Shown here: piece after piece, positions 16,706-26,160 of the stretch
Position numbering within the stretch: the first letter of the stretch is position 1
Layout of the letters: every line of letters starts with the position of its first letter
From: Bacteroidota bacterium
Lineage (GTDB): Bacteria; Bacteroidota; Bacteroidia; Chitinophagales; Chitinophagaceae
Length of the DNA: 64,000 bases
NCBI GenBank assembly: GCA_016868895.1
Contig: VGFK01000001.1
Coordinates: 23,006-87,005 of the forward strand
Direction: 5' to 3'
Program-made: the position numbers and the translations under genes
Notes under the pieces: model-generated
The model's database searches: none
Seen by the model: the letters and a program-made list of their open reading frames with translations, nothing else
What the model was told of the DNA's origin: nothing

Positions 16706-18013
16706 TCAGAGCAATTCGCCTTCGAGGTCGTAATCGTAAGCGGTAGTGATGCGAACCTGCACAAAATCGCCCGGATGCAATGTTCGGGTGGTGCGGATGA
16801 TGACTTCGTTATCGACTTCTACGCTGTCGAATTCCGTGCGACCGATGTAGCGGCCGGCTTCTTTTTTATCGACGATCACGTTCAGCACTTCGCCCACGCG
16901 GCGCTGATTTTTTTCATAGCTGATCTCCTGTTGAAATTCAATGATTTCCTGGGCGCGGGATTCTTTTTCCTCAGCTGAAAGTGTGTCTTCCAATGCGTAC
17001 GCTCCGGTATCTTCCTCATGCGAGTACGTAAAGATGCCCACGCGATCGAATTGCATATCGCTTAAAAATTGCTTGAGTTCTTCCACGTCTTCGCGCGTTT
17101 CACCGGGAAAGCCTGCAATCAGCGTGGTGCGCAGGCAGATGCTGGGAATGCGGTTTCGGATGTCCGCGATGAGATCGCGCATTTGCTGTTGGGTGATTTG
17201 CCGCTTCATGGCGTTCAGCATCCGATCGCTTGCATGCTGCAGCGGCATGTCGAGATAATTACAAATTTTCGGTTCCTCCTTCATCACATCTATGATGTCG
17301 ATCGGAAATTTAGAAGGATAGGCATAGTGCAGGCGGATCCATTCGATTCCTTCTACCCGTGCCAATTGGCGCAATAAATCGGGGAGTCGACGTTCTTTGT
17401 ACAAATCCAAACCATAGTAGGTCAGCTCTTGGGCGATCAGCATGATTTCTTTCACGCCCGATTGAACGAGGCGCTTGGCTTCCGTCACCAGTTCTTCAAT
17501 GGGTTTGCTGCGGTGTTGTCCGCGCATCAGCGGGATGGCACAGAACGAGCAGGTGCGGTTGCACCCTTCGCTGATTTTCATGTAGGCGTAGTGCGAAGGA
17601 GTGCTGAGGAGTCGCTCGCCCACCAGTTCCGTTTTGTAATCGGCGTTCAGCGTAGCCAGCAAGGCTGGCAATTCCATGGTGCCAAAGAAGGCATCCACTT
17701 CAGGAATTTCAGCTTCGAGGTTGTTTTTGTAGCGTTCGCTCAGGCAACCGGTGACGTAGACCTTATCCAGTTTGCCTTTCTTTTTGAGTTCAACCTGATC
17801 GAGGATCGTGTTGATGCTTTCTTCTTTTGCTTTATCGATGAAGCCGCAGGTGTTGACGATGACGATGTTGTGATCGAGTCGTGTGTTCTCGTGCACAACA
17901 TCCATGTGGTTGGCATGCAGTTGTCCGCTCAGCAATTCGCTGTCGACCATATTCTTACTGCATCCCAGCGTGATGATGTTGATCTTATCTTTTTTACGTG
18001 TGCGCGATTTCAT
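16706..18013 (-). CDS. rimO: Ribosomal protein S12 methylthiotransferase
   Basis: TLGCSKN.VDSE, NTCGFI, EGCNRTCSFCAIP, C-terminal TRAM domain. Confidence 0.96.
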   Translation of the reverse strand: MKSRTRKKDKINIITLGCSKNMVDSELLSGQLHANHMDVVHENTRLDHNIVIVNTCGFIDKAKEESINTILDQVELKKKGKLDKVYVTGCLSERYKNNLEAEIPEVDAFFGTMELPALLATLNADYKTELVGERLLSTPSHYAYMKISEGCNRTCSFCAIPLMRGQHRSKPIEELVTEAKRLVQSGVKEIMLIAQELTYYGLDLYKERRLPDLLRQLARVEGIEWIRLHYAYPSKFPIDIIDVMKEEPKICNYLDMPLQHASDRMLNAMKRQITQQQMRDLIADIRNRIPSICLRTTLIAGFPGETREDVEELKQFLSDMQFDRVGIFTYSHEEDTGAYALEDTLSAEEKESRAQEIIEFQQEISYEKNQRRVGEVLNVIVDKKEAGRYIGRTEFDSVEVDNEVIIRTTRTLHPGDFVQVRITTAYDYDLEGELL

Positions 18014-18966
18014 GAGGCGAAGAGTCCCTCCACAAACGCTTTAGGTTCAAACACAATGAGGTCCTCTGCTTTCTCGCCCACACCGATGAACTTGACCGGG
18101 ATCTTGAATTGATTAGCGATGGCCAGAACGATGCCGCCTTTGGCAGTGCCATCCAGTTTGGTGATGGCCAGTGCAGAGACGTTGGTCGCCGCAGAAAAAT
18201 GCTTTGCCTGTTCCATCGCGTTTTGTCCGGTTGTCCCATCCAACACCAGCAGGGTTTCGTGGGGTGCATCGGGGATGACTTTTTGGATCACGCGCCGGAT
18301 CTTGCTCAGTTCTTCCATCAGGTGAGCTTTGTTGTGGAGGCGACCTGCTGTATCGATGATCAGAATATCGGAGCCGCGTGCGACGGCACTGTTGACCGCG
18401 TCGAATGCAACGGATGCGGGATCGCTGCCCATTTCTTTTTTGACGATGGGAACACCGGCGCGTTCGCTCCAGATGGTGAGTTGATCGACTGCCGCAGCAC
18501 GGAAGGTATCGGCAGCGCCGAGCAGCACGGATTTGCCGGCCGACTTGAAATTGGTCGCCAGCTTCCCAATGGTTGTCGTCTTCCCTACTCCATTTACCCC
18601 TACCACCAGCATCACAAAGGGCTTTTTGCCTTCCGGCAGGTTGAATTGCTTGAGTGTATCCGATTCGTCTTCCACCAGAATGGATCGGATCTCCTCTTTG
18701 AGAATTCCATTCAGCTCGTCGGTCCCCAGGTACTTATCCCGTGCCACCCGCGCCTGAATACGTTCGATGAGGGAAATAGTCGTGTCTACGCCTACATCCG
18801 CTGAAATGAGTGCTTCCTCCAGTTGATCCAGCACTTCATCGTCGACCTGACTTTTTCCGGCAATGGCTTTGGTGATGCGGGAAAAGAATCCTTCCCGGGT
18901 TTTCTCCAACCCCTTCTGCAGTTGCTCCTTCTCTTTCTTGCCGAACAATGTATCAAACAATCCCAT
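18010..18966 (-). CDS. ftsY: Signal recognition particle receptor
   Basis: GVNGVGKTTT, DTFRAAA, DTAGR, TKLDGTAKGG. Confidence 0.98.
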   Translation of the reverse strand: MGLFDTLFGKKEKEQLQKGLEKTREGFFSRITKAIAGKSQVDDEVLDQLEEALISADVGVDTTISLIERIQARVARDKYLGTDELNGILKEEIRSILVEDESDTLKQFNLPEGKKPFVMLVVGVNGVGKTTTIGKLATNFKSAGKSVLLGAADTFRAAAVDQLTIWSERAGVPIVKKEMGSDPASVAFDAVNSAVARGSDILIIDTAGRLHNKAHLMEELSKIRRVIQKVIPDAPHETLLVLDGTTGQNAMEQAKHFSAATNVSALAITKLDGTAKGGIVLAIANQFKIPVKFIGVGEKAEDLIVFEPKAFVEGLFAS

Positions 18967-18977
18967 GGATCTCCGTT

Positions 18978-19020
18978 AAAAAACAAAAGCTGTCCCGATC
19001 AATTCAACGGAACAGCTTTG
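18978..19020 (-). terminator. Intrinsic terminator after the rpmB-rpmG-DUF4295 unit
   Basis: Minus strand AAAGCTGTTCCG...CGGGACAGCTTT followed by TGTTTTTT. Confidence 0.7.
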
Positions 19021-19039
19021 GTCATTGGAATGAATGCGT

Positions 19040-19210
19040 TTACTGTGCGAGGTATTCCTTGATGTTGTCCTTGTGCACGATACCTTCTTTGAAGGTGTAG
19101 GCCCCTGACTTCGAGCTTTTCACGGCCCGGATCACTTTGGTCCAGTTCTTTGCTTCTGCTGAAGCCTTGAGGTCTTTTACTTTCGCGTTCTTGGAAGTTG
19201 CCTTTGCCAT
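19040..19210 (-). CDS. DUF4295-family small basic protein (56 aa)
   Basis: Own translation MAKATSKNAKVKDLKASAEAKNWTKVIRAVKSSKSGAYTFKEGIVHKDNIKEYLAQ*, at the position this family occupies between rpmG and ftsY in Bacteroidota. Too short for the ORF track. Confidence 0.85.
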   Translation of the reverse strand: MAKATSKNAKVKDLKASAEAKNWTKVIRAVKSSKSGAYTFKEGIVHKDNIKEYLAQ

Positions 19211-19220
19211 AACTGTTCAA

Positions 19221-19403
19221 TTATTTGATTTCCTTGTGAAGGGTATACTTTTTCAGAAGTGGATTGTACTTCTTAAGCTCCAGGCGCTCTGGGGTGTTCT
19301 TTTTGTTCTTGGTGGTGATGTAGCGACTGGTGCCGGCTACTCCGGTAGTCTTGTGCTCTGTGCACTCCAAAATCACCTGAACCCTATTTCCTTTCTTAGC
19401 CAT
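19221..19403 (-). CDS. rpmG: 50S ribosomal protein L33
   Basis: [16 protein letters not shown]...[19 protein letters not shown]. Confidence 0.97.
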   Translation of the reverse strand: MAKKGNRVQVILECTEHKTTGVAGTSRYITTKNKKNTPERLELKKYNPLLKKYTLHKEIK

Positions 19404-19420
19404 TTCGGTAAGTTTAAAAA

Positions 19421-19657
19421 TTAGATGTTGACCCCGTTGGCCCTCAGTTCTTTCACCACACTGTAGAGTCCGTTTTTGTTGATGGTACGAATCGCCTCAG
19501 AAGAAAGCTTGAGGGTGATCCATTTGTCCTCTTCCGCCAGGAAGAAGCGCTTGGTCTGAAGGTTGGGCAGAAAACGACGCTTGGTCTTGATGTTCGAATG
19601 CGACACCTTGTGACCGGTGATGGGGCGCTTACCTGTGACCTGACATACACGTGCCAT
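19421..19657 (-). CDS. rpmB: 50S ribosomal protein L28
   Basis: [10 protein letters not shown]...[15 protein letters not shown]. Confidence 0.98.
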   Translation of the reverse strand: MARVCQVTGKRPITGHKVSHSNIKTKRRFLPNLQTKRFFLAEEDKWITLKLSSEAIRTINKNGLYSVVKELRANGVNI

Positions 19658-19677
19658 AAACTCTTTTTTTGGGAGAG

Positions 19678-19709
19678 CAAAACTAACTCAAATTCCCGTC
19701 AAAAACAAA
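19678..19709 (-). promoter_or_regulatory. Bacteroidota sigma70 promoter for rpmB
   Basis: TTTG (19709-19706), 20-nt spacer, TAGTTTTG (19685-19678). Confidence 0.78.
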
Positions 19710-19759
19710 AATCTTCTGGATTGGGGTTTCCCCGTAACCAGGACCTGATAACCAATGCC

Positions 19760-21166
19760 TTAAATATCGATCGCCTCACCATAGGCCGCGGCTACCGCCT
19801 CCTTGACCGCCTCACTCATCGTGGGGTGCGGATGAACGGCATTGAGGATTTCGTGGTGGGTGGTTTCCAGTTTGCGGGCAACGACCACTTCCGCGATCAT
19901 TTCCGTCACCCCGGCCCCAATCATGTGGGCACCCAGGAATTCACCGTATTTGGCATCGAAGATCACCTTTACAAATCCGTCGGTATTGCCCGCTGCGCTG
20001 GCTTTGCCGCTGGCCATGAAGGGAAACTTGCCCACCTTGACCTCATATCCGGCATCTTTTGCAGCTTTCTCGGTATAGCCCACAGAGGCAATTTCGGGAC
20101 TGCAATAGGTACAGCCGGGGATGTTGTTATAATCCATGGGTTGTGGGAGGTGATTGTATTTTTTCTCCAGGTATCCGATGGCTTCTGCTGCGTTGATGCC
20201 TTCTTTGGCTGCAACGTGCGCCAGTGCTTGTCCCGGTGAGCAATCGCCAATCGCATAAATCCCCGGCACGGAAGTCTGTTGGGTTTTATCGACCACGATG
20301 CGGCCTTTATCGACACGGATACCGGTCTCTTCCAATCCGGTGTTCTCAATGTTGGGTTGAATGCCCACGGCACTCAGCAGGATATCGGCTTCCAGGACCG
20401 ATTCACCCGAAGCATTCTTCACACTGGCTTTCACGCCGTTTCCGGCGGTATCCACCTTGGTGACTTCGCTGGAGGTGAGCACCGTGATGCCTTTTTTCTT
20501 GAGTTGTTTTTCCAATTCCTTGCTCACGTCTTCATCTTCAACTGGGACAATGCGGGGCATGAATTCCACGATGGTCACTTTGGTTCCCATCGCATTGTAA
20601 AAATCGGCGAACTCGACGCCGATCGCTCCGCTGCCGACTACAATCATGGAGGCAGGCTGACCCGGCAGGACCATGGCTTCTCGGTAACCGATGATTTTTT
20701 TACCGTCCTGGGGGAGGTTGGGAAGTTGTCGGCTTCTGGCCCCTGTGGCGATAATGATGTATTTGCCTTCTACCACTTGCTTTTTGCCGGCGGCAGAAGT
20801 GACTTCAATGCGACCCTTGCCAGCGATTTTGCCGTAGCCCATGATCACATCGATCTTGTTTTTTTTCATCAGGAACTGTACTCCCTTGCTCATTTTATCC
20901 GCCACACCCCTGCTGCGTTTTACCACCGCGCCGAAATCGTGTTCCACACTGCCGGCCTTGATGCCGTAATCGCTGCTGTGTTTGAGGTACTCGTATACTT
21001 GCGCGCTTTTCAGCAACGCTTTGGTGGGGATGCAACCCCAGTTCAGGCAGACGCCGCCCAGGCTTTCTTTTTCAATGATTGCCACCTTGAAACCGAGTTG
21101 AGAAGCACGGATCGCGGCGGGATAGCCACCGGGACCACTGCCCAGAACGAGTACGTCGTATGCCAT
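19760..21166 (-). CDS. lpdA: Dihydrolipoamide dehydrogenase
   Basis: GSGPGGY, GGVCLNWGCIPTK redox disulfide, HPTMSE. Confidence 0.97.
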   Translation of the reverse strand: MAYDVLVLGSGPGGYPAAIRASQLGFKVAIIEKESLGGVCLNWGCIPTKALLKSAQVYEYLKHSSDYGIKAGSVEHDFGAVVKRSRGVADKMSKGVQFLMKKNKIDVIMGYGKIAGKGRIEVTSAAGKKQVVEGKYIIIATGARSRQLPNLPQDGKKIIGYREAMVLPGQPASMIVVGSGAIGVEFADFYNAMGTKVTIVEFMPRIVPVEDEDVSKELEKQLKKKGITVLTSSEVTKVDTAGNGVKASVKNASGESVLEADILLSAVGIQPNIENTGLEETGIRVDKGRIVVDKTQQTSVPGIYAIGDCSPGQALAHVAAKEGINAAEAIGYLEKKYNHLPQPMDYNNIPGCTYCSPEIASVGYTEKAAKDAGYEVKVGKFPFMASGKASAAGNTDGFVKVIFDAKYGEFLGAHMIGAGVTEMIAEVVVARKLETTHHEILNAVHPHPTMSEAVKEAVAAAYGEAIDI

Positions 21167-21188
21167 GTGATGGAAGTTATTTGAGCCG

Positions 21189-21196
21189 CAAAATTA
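21189..21196 (-). promoter_or_regulatory. -7 element (TAATTTTG) for lpdA
   Basis: Matches TAnnTTTG, 22 nt upstream of the ATG. Confidence 0.55.
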
Positions 21197-21201
21197 GAGA
21201 A

Positions 21202-22221
21202 TTATTTCCTTTTGATCAGGACAACAGATGGAACCGATCGTTCTACACCATTGTCACCTGGACGAACGGTCGCACGGTTATTGATAATCATGCTGGTAGA
21301 ACCTCCTCCATCTAAGTTAATCGCATTGGTGCAACCGAGTTCTTTGAGGAAAAGCGCCAGGTTAGCGAGATTGATCCCAGGATACCCGTTTGCGGTGTTA
21401 TCGCCCTCCACTGTCAGCAGAATGACTATACCTCCTGCAGTATACCCAATGGCAGATCGGGGTCGTGAAGTCGTATTATTAATGTCGATCAGCTCTTCTT
21501 TATCGGTTATGCGCACCTCCCCTCCTTTCAACAGCATCGGCGATCCACCTACCGCATAGGGCGGGCTCCACTCCGTTCCGCCCGCAGGAAAAGCTTCATC
21601 CGGAATGGGCTGAGGGGCTGCTCCAATGAGATTGGCAGCGGGTGCGGGATATTGATAGACCCGATCGTTTCCTGTGCCTATGTTATACATCCATACCGTA
21701 GAGGGATCACCCGTCGATGAAATTCCAAATGCAGCGCGGGTTGGATAATACGGTGTACTGGAACCATTGTAGGTGCGGTTGACTGATTTGATATTGGGAG
21801 AAAGGACGGTATTGTATTTGATCAAGCTATACGATTGGTTGCCTCCAAAATATCCTCCATTCATGCAGGCATAAACAATTCCAGTTTCTTGCGCATAAAA
21901 TTCGCTTGGTTTTTTAGACGTAGTCGACAACGTCGGTTTGAATTCCAGGTAACTGATCTTGGGATTGAAGGCCACTGCAAATGCCTTGATCTTAGCATCG
22001 CGAAACAAGGTATCGAATGTGTACGCTTCAATTCCCTCTGGAAATCCATTGGATAAGTTGATGTCGAATTTCCAACCGGCTGGAAGTGTGATGAGTTTTG
22101 CAACAGCTGGTGGTGTAGGAGGCGGAGCGGGATTAGGACCGGGACCAGCATTGGGAGATTTATTGCAGGCGACTGCAATTACAATCAATACCATCCATTT
22201 CAAAGCATGTACTCGTTTCAT
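21202..22221 (-). CDS. Phosphodiester glycosidase family (NAGPA/DUF2233) lipoprotein
   Basis: Lipobox VAC, Pro-rich linker, NGGYF, RPRSAIG, INLDGGGSTSM. Confidence 0.88.
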   Translation of the reverse strand: MKRVHALKWMVLIVIAVACNKSPNAGPGPNPAPPPTPPAVAKLITLPAGWKFDINLSNGFPEGIEAYTFDTLFRDAKIKAFAVAFNPKISYLEFKPTLSTTSKKPSEFYAQETGIVYACMNGGYFGGNQSYSLIKYNTVLSPNIKSVNRTYNGSSTPYYPTRAAFGISSTGDPSTVWMYNIGTGNDRVYQYPAPAANLIGAAPQPIPDEAFPAGGTEWSPPYAVGGSPMLLKGGEVRITDKEELIDINNTTSRPRSAIGYTAGGIVILLTVEGDNTANGYPGINLANLALFLKELGCTNAINLDGGGSTSMIINNRATVRPGDNGVERSVPSVVLIKRK

Positions 22222-23294
22222 TGGTATATCTGTTTTTTATACCGGTTCAATGTTTCATAATAAAAAAACACCTCCCCATTGAACCCGTATTTTCGATTCA
22301 ACTGAATCATCCCTGACAGCATCTCTTCACTCGCCTGATATCCATCGCCGAGTGAGACCAGAATACCAGGAAAAACTTTTTGTTTTAAAGATGGCGGGAC
22401 TTGTGATTGCAACTCGCCCAGAATTTTTTCATATGCATCCAACTTATACCGATAGAGTTGTGGAAAAACATAGTCGGCATAACCTCCCTTCAACCACTCT
22501 GGCCAATCCTGCAAGTATTGCTCTTTGGACCAAGGATAAATACTGGGAGCCCATGAAACAATACAAGATGGTTTTGCATTTTTGACAGCGCCATAGAGCT
22601 CTTTTCCAAACTCACTAAGACGATCAGCTTTCCATTGCAAAAACGAAAGATCGTTGGGAGTATCCATTGGAAGATCACGGCCAACAGATGTTTGATAGAG
22701 TTTGCGGGTATATGAATCCCAACCTCCTTCAGCAGGCATGGCAGGCAAACGATCATCACCCTGCACGCCATCTACGCTATACCTCTTCACTACTTCCAGT
22801 ACCAATTCTTTTAAGAGTTGTTGAGGTCCAGTATGCAACGCGTTCCACCAATAGAATCCATTTTTCTGCAACAGTTTTCCGGACCGGTCCCTTCCTACCC
22901 ACTCGGGATAACGACTGAACCAAGGAGAGGTGGTGTCGCGATAACCATAGGAAAATCCAAATTCAAACCACGCATGCACTTGAATGGAGCGAGCATGTGC
23001 AACATCGATCAATTCTTGAATTGGATCTCTGCCCGCAAACAATGGATCTTGTTCAATGCCGATGTAGCGCTTCACAACTGCGCTGGGATACATCGTGAGT
23101 CCTTTATTCCACACGACTACAAAAATGGTATTGATGCCTTGATCTTTGCATTGATCGACTGCACGCACGATACTGTCACGTGAATAGAGCACGCGACTTC
23201 CTACGTTGGTCATCCATATACCCCGAATGGGTTGCACTTGTGCAAAGGAAGACCATCCCGATAACAACAATAGAACAGCAAGCATGTATTTCAT
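22218..23294 (-). CDS. GHL10/DUF187-type glycoside hydrolase, SPI signal
   Basis: RGIWMT, VHAWFEFG, DGVQGDDR, PQLYR. Confidence 0.85.
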   Translation of the reverse strand: MKYMLAVLLLLSGWSSFAQVQPIRGIWMTNVGSRVLYSRDSIVRAVDQCKDQGINTIFVVVWNKGLTMYPSAVVKRYIGIEQDPLFAGRDPIQELIDVAHARSIQVHAWFEFGFSYGYRDTTSPWFSRYPEWVGRDRSGKLLQKNGFYWWNALHTGPQQLLKELVLEVVKRYSVDGVQGDDRLPAMPAEGGWDSYTRKLYQTSVGRDLPMDTPNDLSFLQWKADRLSEFGKELYGAVKNAKPSCIVSWAPSIYPWSKEQYLQDWPEWLKGGYADYVFPQLYRYKLDAYEKILGELQSQVPPSLKQKVFPGILVSLGDGYQASEEMLSGMIQLNRKYGFNGEVFFYYETLNRYKKQIYQ

Positions 23295-23295
23295 A

Positions 23296-24240
23296 TCATG
23301 CGTGATTGGTGTATTCTTTATAACGATTATAAAGATGATGGGCTTGGATGTAGGCCGACTGTGGGCTCATAAAATGCGAGAATTCAAATGTGATTGCTTC
23401 TTGGTAACCAGCGCGAGCGGCTACCTCCAATTTGAGTCGCATTTTTTCAAATTTGATCGGCAGGAATTTAATCGGCATGTCGCGGTCGAACGACTCGGTA
23501 TTGGTCCATGCATGCATTCCATGTGCATCCGCCAATTGTTTGTTCACCACCAGGTATTCTTCCAATTCGTGTATGTCCACATGGCCATCCTGAAAGGCAA
23601 CGACATCTACAGTTCCCTGGATGCCATCAAAAATTTCTTTCCATTCCCGCTCATGCTCCTGGATCGTTACGACTGCATCTTTGCGAAGCGCTGCATCGTG
23701 CGCCATGACTGCCTTGGGACCATCAATCCACGGAGAGATCAATGTTTGCAGGTGTTGGTCTTTTTCTTTACCGGCGAGTCCTAACGTGCGAAACGCCTCA
23801 ATGGCGCCTTTGGTTTTGCGACTGATTTCCATACTCAAGTACCAACCCTTGAATGAAGCGTGATGGCCGTAACGCGACCACACCTCATCGATCACATAGC
23901 GGTTGGCATCGATTTCGTGTTGCATATCCCCTGTATCCCAATATTTTCCTGAATCGTACAGTCCAAAATAAAAATCCATTCCATAGTGATCGGATAGCTC
24001 AAGAAACATATTCACCAGGTCTTCAGAAGGACGATGGCAATTGTATTGCTTGATTAAATATTCCGATGGGTAGGTGAGAAATTTGCGATATCCCGATCGG
24101 ATGAGGATCACTTTTCCAATACCAGTTGCTTTCATGTATTGAAAATCCTGCTCCCACTCTTTCCTACTCCAATTCTGATGTGGGATATCGTGGCTGATTT
24201 CGTCTAAAAAAGTACCTGTGATCTTCACCTGTTTAATCAT
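23296..24240 (-). CDS. DUF4434-family putative glycoside hydrolase (TIM barrel), no signal peptide
   Basis: ITGTFLDEISHDIPHQNW, GLYDSG, GWYLSME, FQDGH, WTNTESF, ITFEFSHFMSP. Confidence 0.78.
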   Translation of the reverse strand: MIKQVKITGTFLDEISHDIPHQNWSRKEWEQDFQYMKATGIGKVILIRSGYRKFLTYPSEYLIKQYNCHRPSEDLVNMFLELSDHYGMDFYFGLYDSGKYWDTGDMQHEIDANRYVIDEVWSRYGHHASFKGWYLSMEISRKTKGAIEAFRTLGLAGKEKDQHLQTLISPWIDGPKAVMAHDAALRKDAVVTIQEHEREWKEIFDGIQGTVDVVAFQDGHVDIHELEEYLVVNKQLADAHGMHAWTNTESFDRDMPIKFLPIKFEKMRLKLEVAARAGYQEAITFEFSHFMSPQSAYIQAHHLYNRYKEYTNHA

Positions 24241-26086
24241 TTAATCGATCCCACCAAAACTTTTTGAGCAGATACGAACTGACAAAAAAGATGATGGTCC
24301 ATATGGCCAACTGTGTATTGTTTTTAATCATGAAGTACATCGGAATCACCACCTGCGCCATCTGCCAAATCATTCCAATCACGACATTGAAAGCGTCACG
24401 TTTGAATGAAGTAGTTGATTTCCAGTCCGGTTCTTGTTGCAACAGCTTTTTGCGGATCGGTCCCCACCATCCCCACGGCTGGGTATCGCGATAAAATCGG
24501 ATCACCTGTTCTTCATTTTCCAATGGTGCAATATACGTTCCGATCACGCATCCTATCAGGGAAACCCCCAAGACTAAAGGAAACAAAAAGATGTCGGGCA
24601 AGTTGGGTGCTAACGCAAAAAGATCGAGCACCTGTGGTTTGAAAAAAAGAATGATGGTGCTGATGACAAGTCCTGCTACCATTCCCCCAAAATATCCATA
24701 CCCATTGAATCGCCACCAAACCCACTTGAGCATGTTGCCAGCAGCATATCCACCATAAAGAGCAGAAGTGATCCAGAGAGTCAGTCGATTCAAAGATTCG
24801 GCATTGAAACCAAAACCTATGCCTAAAATCACTAAGATCAAAGAGGCATATAAACTATAGCGAATTAGGACTTCCGCAGGGGCATCCGGACGAATGTATT
24901 TCTTATAGATGTCGTTGACGATGTATGCCGGTGCCGCATTGATGATCGCAGAGAAGGTCCCCATGAATGCCGCCAACAGACCGGCGATCAGCAGTCCCTT
25001 GAATCCGATGGGCACAAACTTATTGATTGCCAACGGCAAGACCTTTTCAAAATCGATGTTGGCACCCATTGCGGCCATCTCCGGCTGAAGGTAAACCAAT
25101 CCCAACACCGCGAACCCCGCCACCATCAGGTAACGCGGGATGTACATCACCAGAATGGTACTCATGCTCATCTTGGCAGCATCTGATGGCGTTCGTGTAC
25201 TGAGGATGCGCTGCATATCGTAACTCGGAACGGGACCCGCAATGGAAGCAAATATTCCTTTGAAAACCATCATCATCAGCAGCGCACCAAACCATCCAAA
25301 ACCATCTGAAGCAATTTTATCATTGACCAACGGATAGGGTGTGGCGGTCCAATCGAGATCAAGTTGCCAACCCGACCAAAGATTATCCCATCCAGCTGGA
25401 ACAACTGCCGCAATCTGTTCAGCTGTCACCTGTGTATACCCAATATAGGCTACCAATAAAGCACTGAGCGTCATCAACACAAACTGCAACACCTCCGTTG
25501 CCACAACACTGTACATCCCCCCTTTCACGGTATATACCGTGGTGATGCCACAAATCAACAGCGCATAGGCGCGTTCGTTGGGAATGACCCAATTGCCAAT
25601 GCGAAACGAAAGATCATAGGGAAGAATAGAAGTGCAGAACTTTCCGATGCCTTCAAAAAAATAGGCCATGAAGCCCATCACACTCACCAGCGCGAACACT
25701 ACTATAATTATGTAGGAAAGCGTTGCACCCCTTCCTTCTCCAAATCGAAAGCTGATCCACTGAGCACCCGTCATGGCATTGCTGCGCCGCATCCATACTG
25801 CCAGGAAAACAAATACAAAGACCTGATTCCATACCGGCCAGAGCCAAGGAATCCAGGCACTTTTTAATCCATAAACAAATAAAATCATGACCGTCCACAT
25901 GCTTCCACTGATGTCCCACATACCTGAAGCGTTGGAAAGTCCCAACGTATACCATTTCATAGAATTCCCACCGAGAAAATACGACTGTAAATCACGCGAC
26001 GCCAACCGGGATAAGTAAAAGCCCGCCACAAGCGTAAGACCCAAATATGCCAGGATGATCAGTAAATCAAGCAGATGAAGTGACAC
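24233..26086 (-). CDS. Sodium:solute symporter (SSS family)
   Basis: GTG start; many TM segments; YFLGGNSMKWY, MQRILS, LAAFMGT motifs. Confidence 0.9.
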   Translation of the reverse strand: MSLHLLDLLIILAYLGLTLVAGFYLSRLASRDLQSYFLGGNSMKWYTLGLSNASGMWDISGSMWTVMILFVYGLKSAWIPWLWPVWNQVFVFVFLAVWMRRSNAMTGAQWISFRFGEGRGATLSYIIIVVFALVSVMGFMAYFFEGIGKFCTSILPYDLSFRIGNWVIPNERAYALLICGITTVYTVKGGMYSVVATEVLQFVLMTLSALLVAYIGYTQVTAEQIAAVVPAGWDNLWSGWQLDLDWTATPYPLVNDKIASDGFGWFGALLMMMVFKGIFASIAGPVPSYDMQRILSTRTPSDAAKMSMSTILVMYIPRYLMVAGFAVLGLVYLQPEMAAMGANIDFEKVLPLAINKFVPIGFKGLLIAGLLAAFMGTFSAIINAAPAYIVNDIYKKYIRPDAPAEVLIRYSLYASLILVILGIGFGFNAESLNRLTLWITSALYGGYAAGNMLKWVWWRFNGYGYFGGMVAGLVISTIILFFKPQVLDLFALAPNLPDIFLFPLVLGVSLIGCVIGTYIAPLENEEQVIRFYRDTQPWGWWGPIRKKLLQQEPDWKSTTSFKRDAFNVVIGMIWQMAQVVIPMYFMIKNNTQLAIWTIIFFVSSYLLKKFWWDRLND

Positions 26087-26128
26087 AACGGATCTTTAAT
26101 AATTTTTATAAAGCTAATTATAAATAAT

Positions 26129-26148
26129 AATTATTTTTAAAAATAATT
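26129..26148. promoter_or_regulatory. Perfect 20-bp palindrome in a divergent promoter region; candidate ROK operator
   Basis: AATTATTTTTAAAAATAATT between the SSS and GHL10 starts. Confidence 0.45.
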
Positions 26149-26160
26149 TCCCCTTCAATC

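Noticed and set aside
20279-21184. 301-aa plus-strand ORF
   Set aside because: Codon-aligned antisense shadow of lpdA. Similar shadows lie over rimO/ftsY (17429-18804), SusD (29692-30390), proS (39229-39732), FadL (42629-43354) and sufC (55811-56497); these are expected from codon bias.
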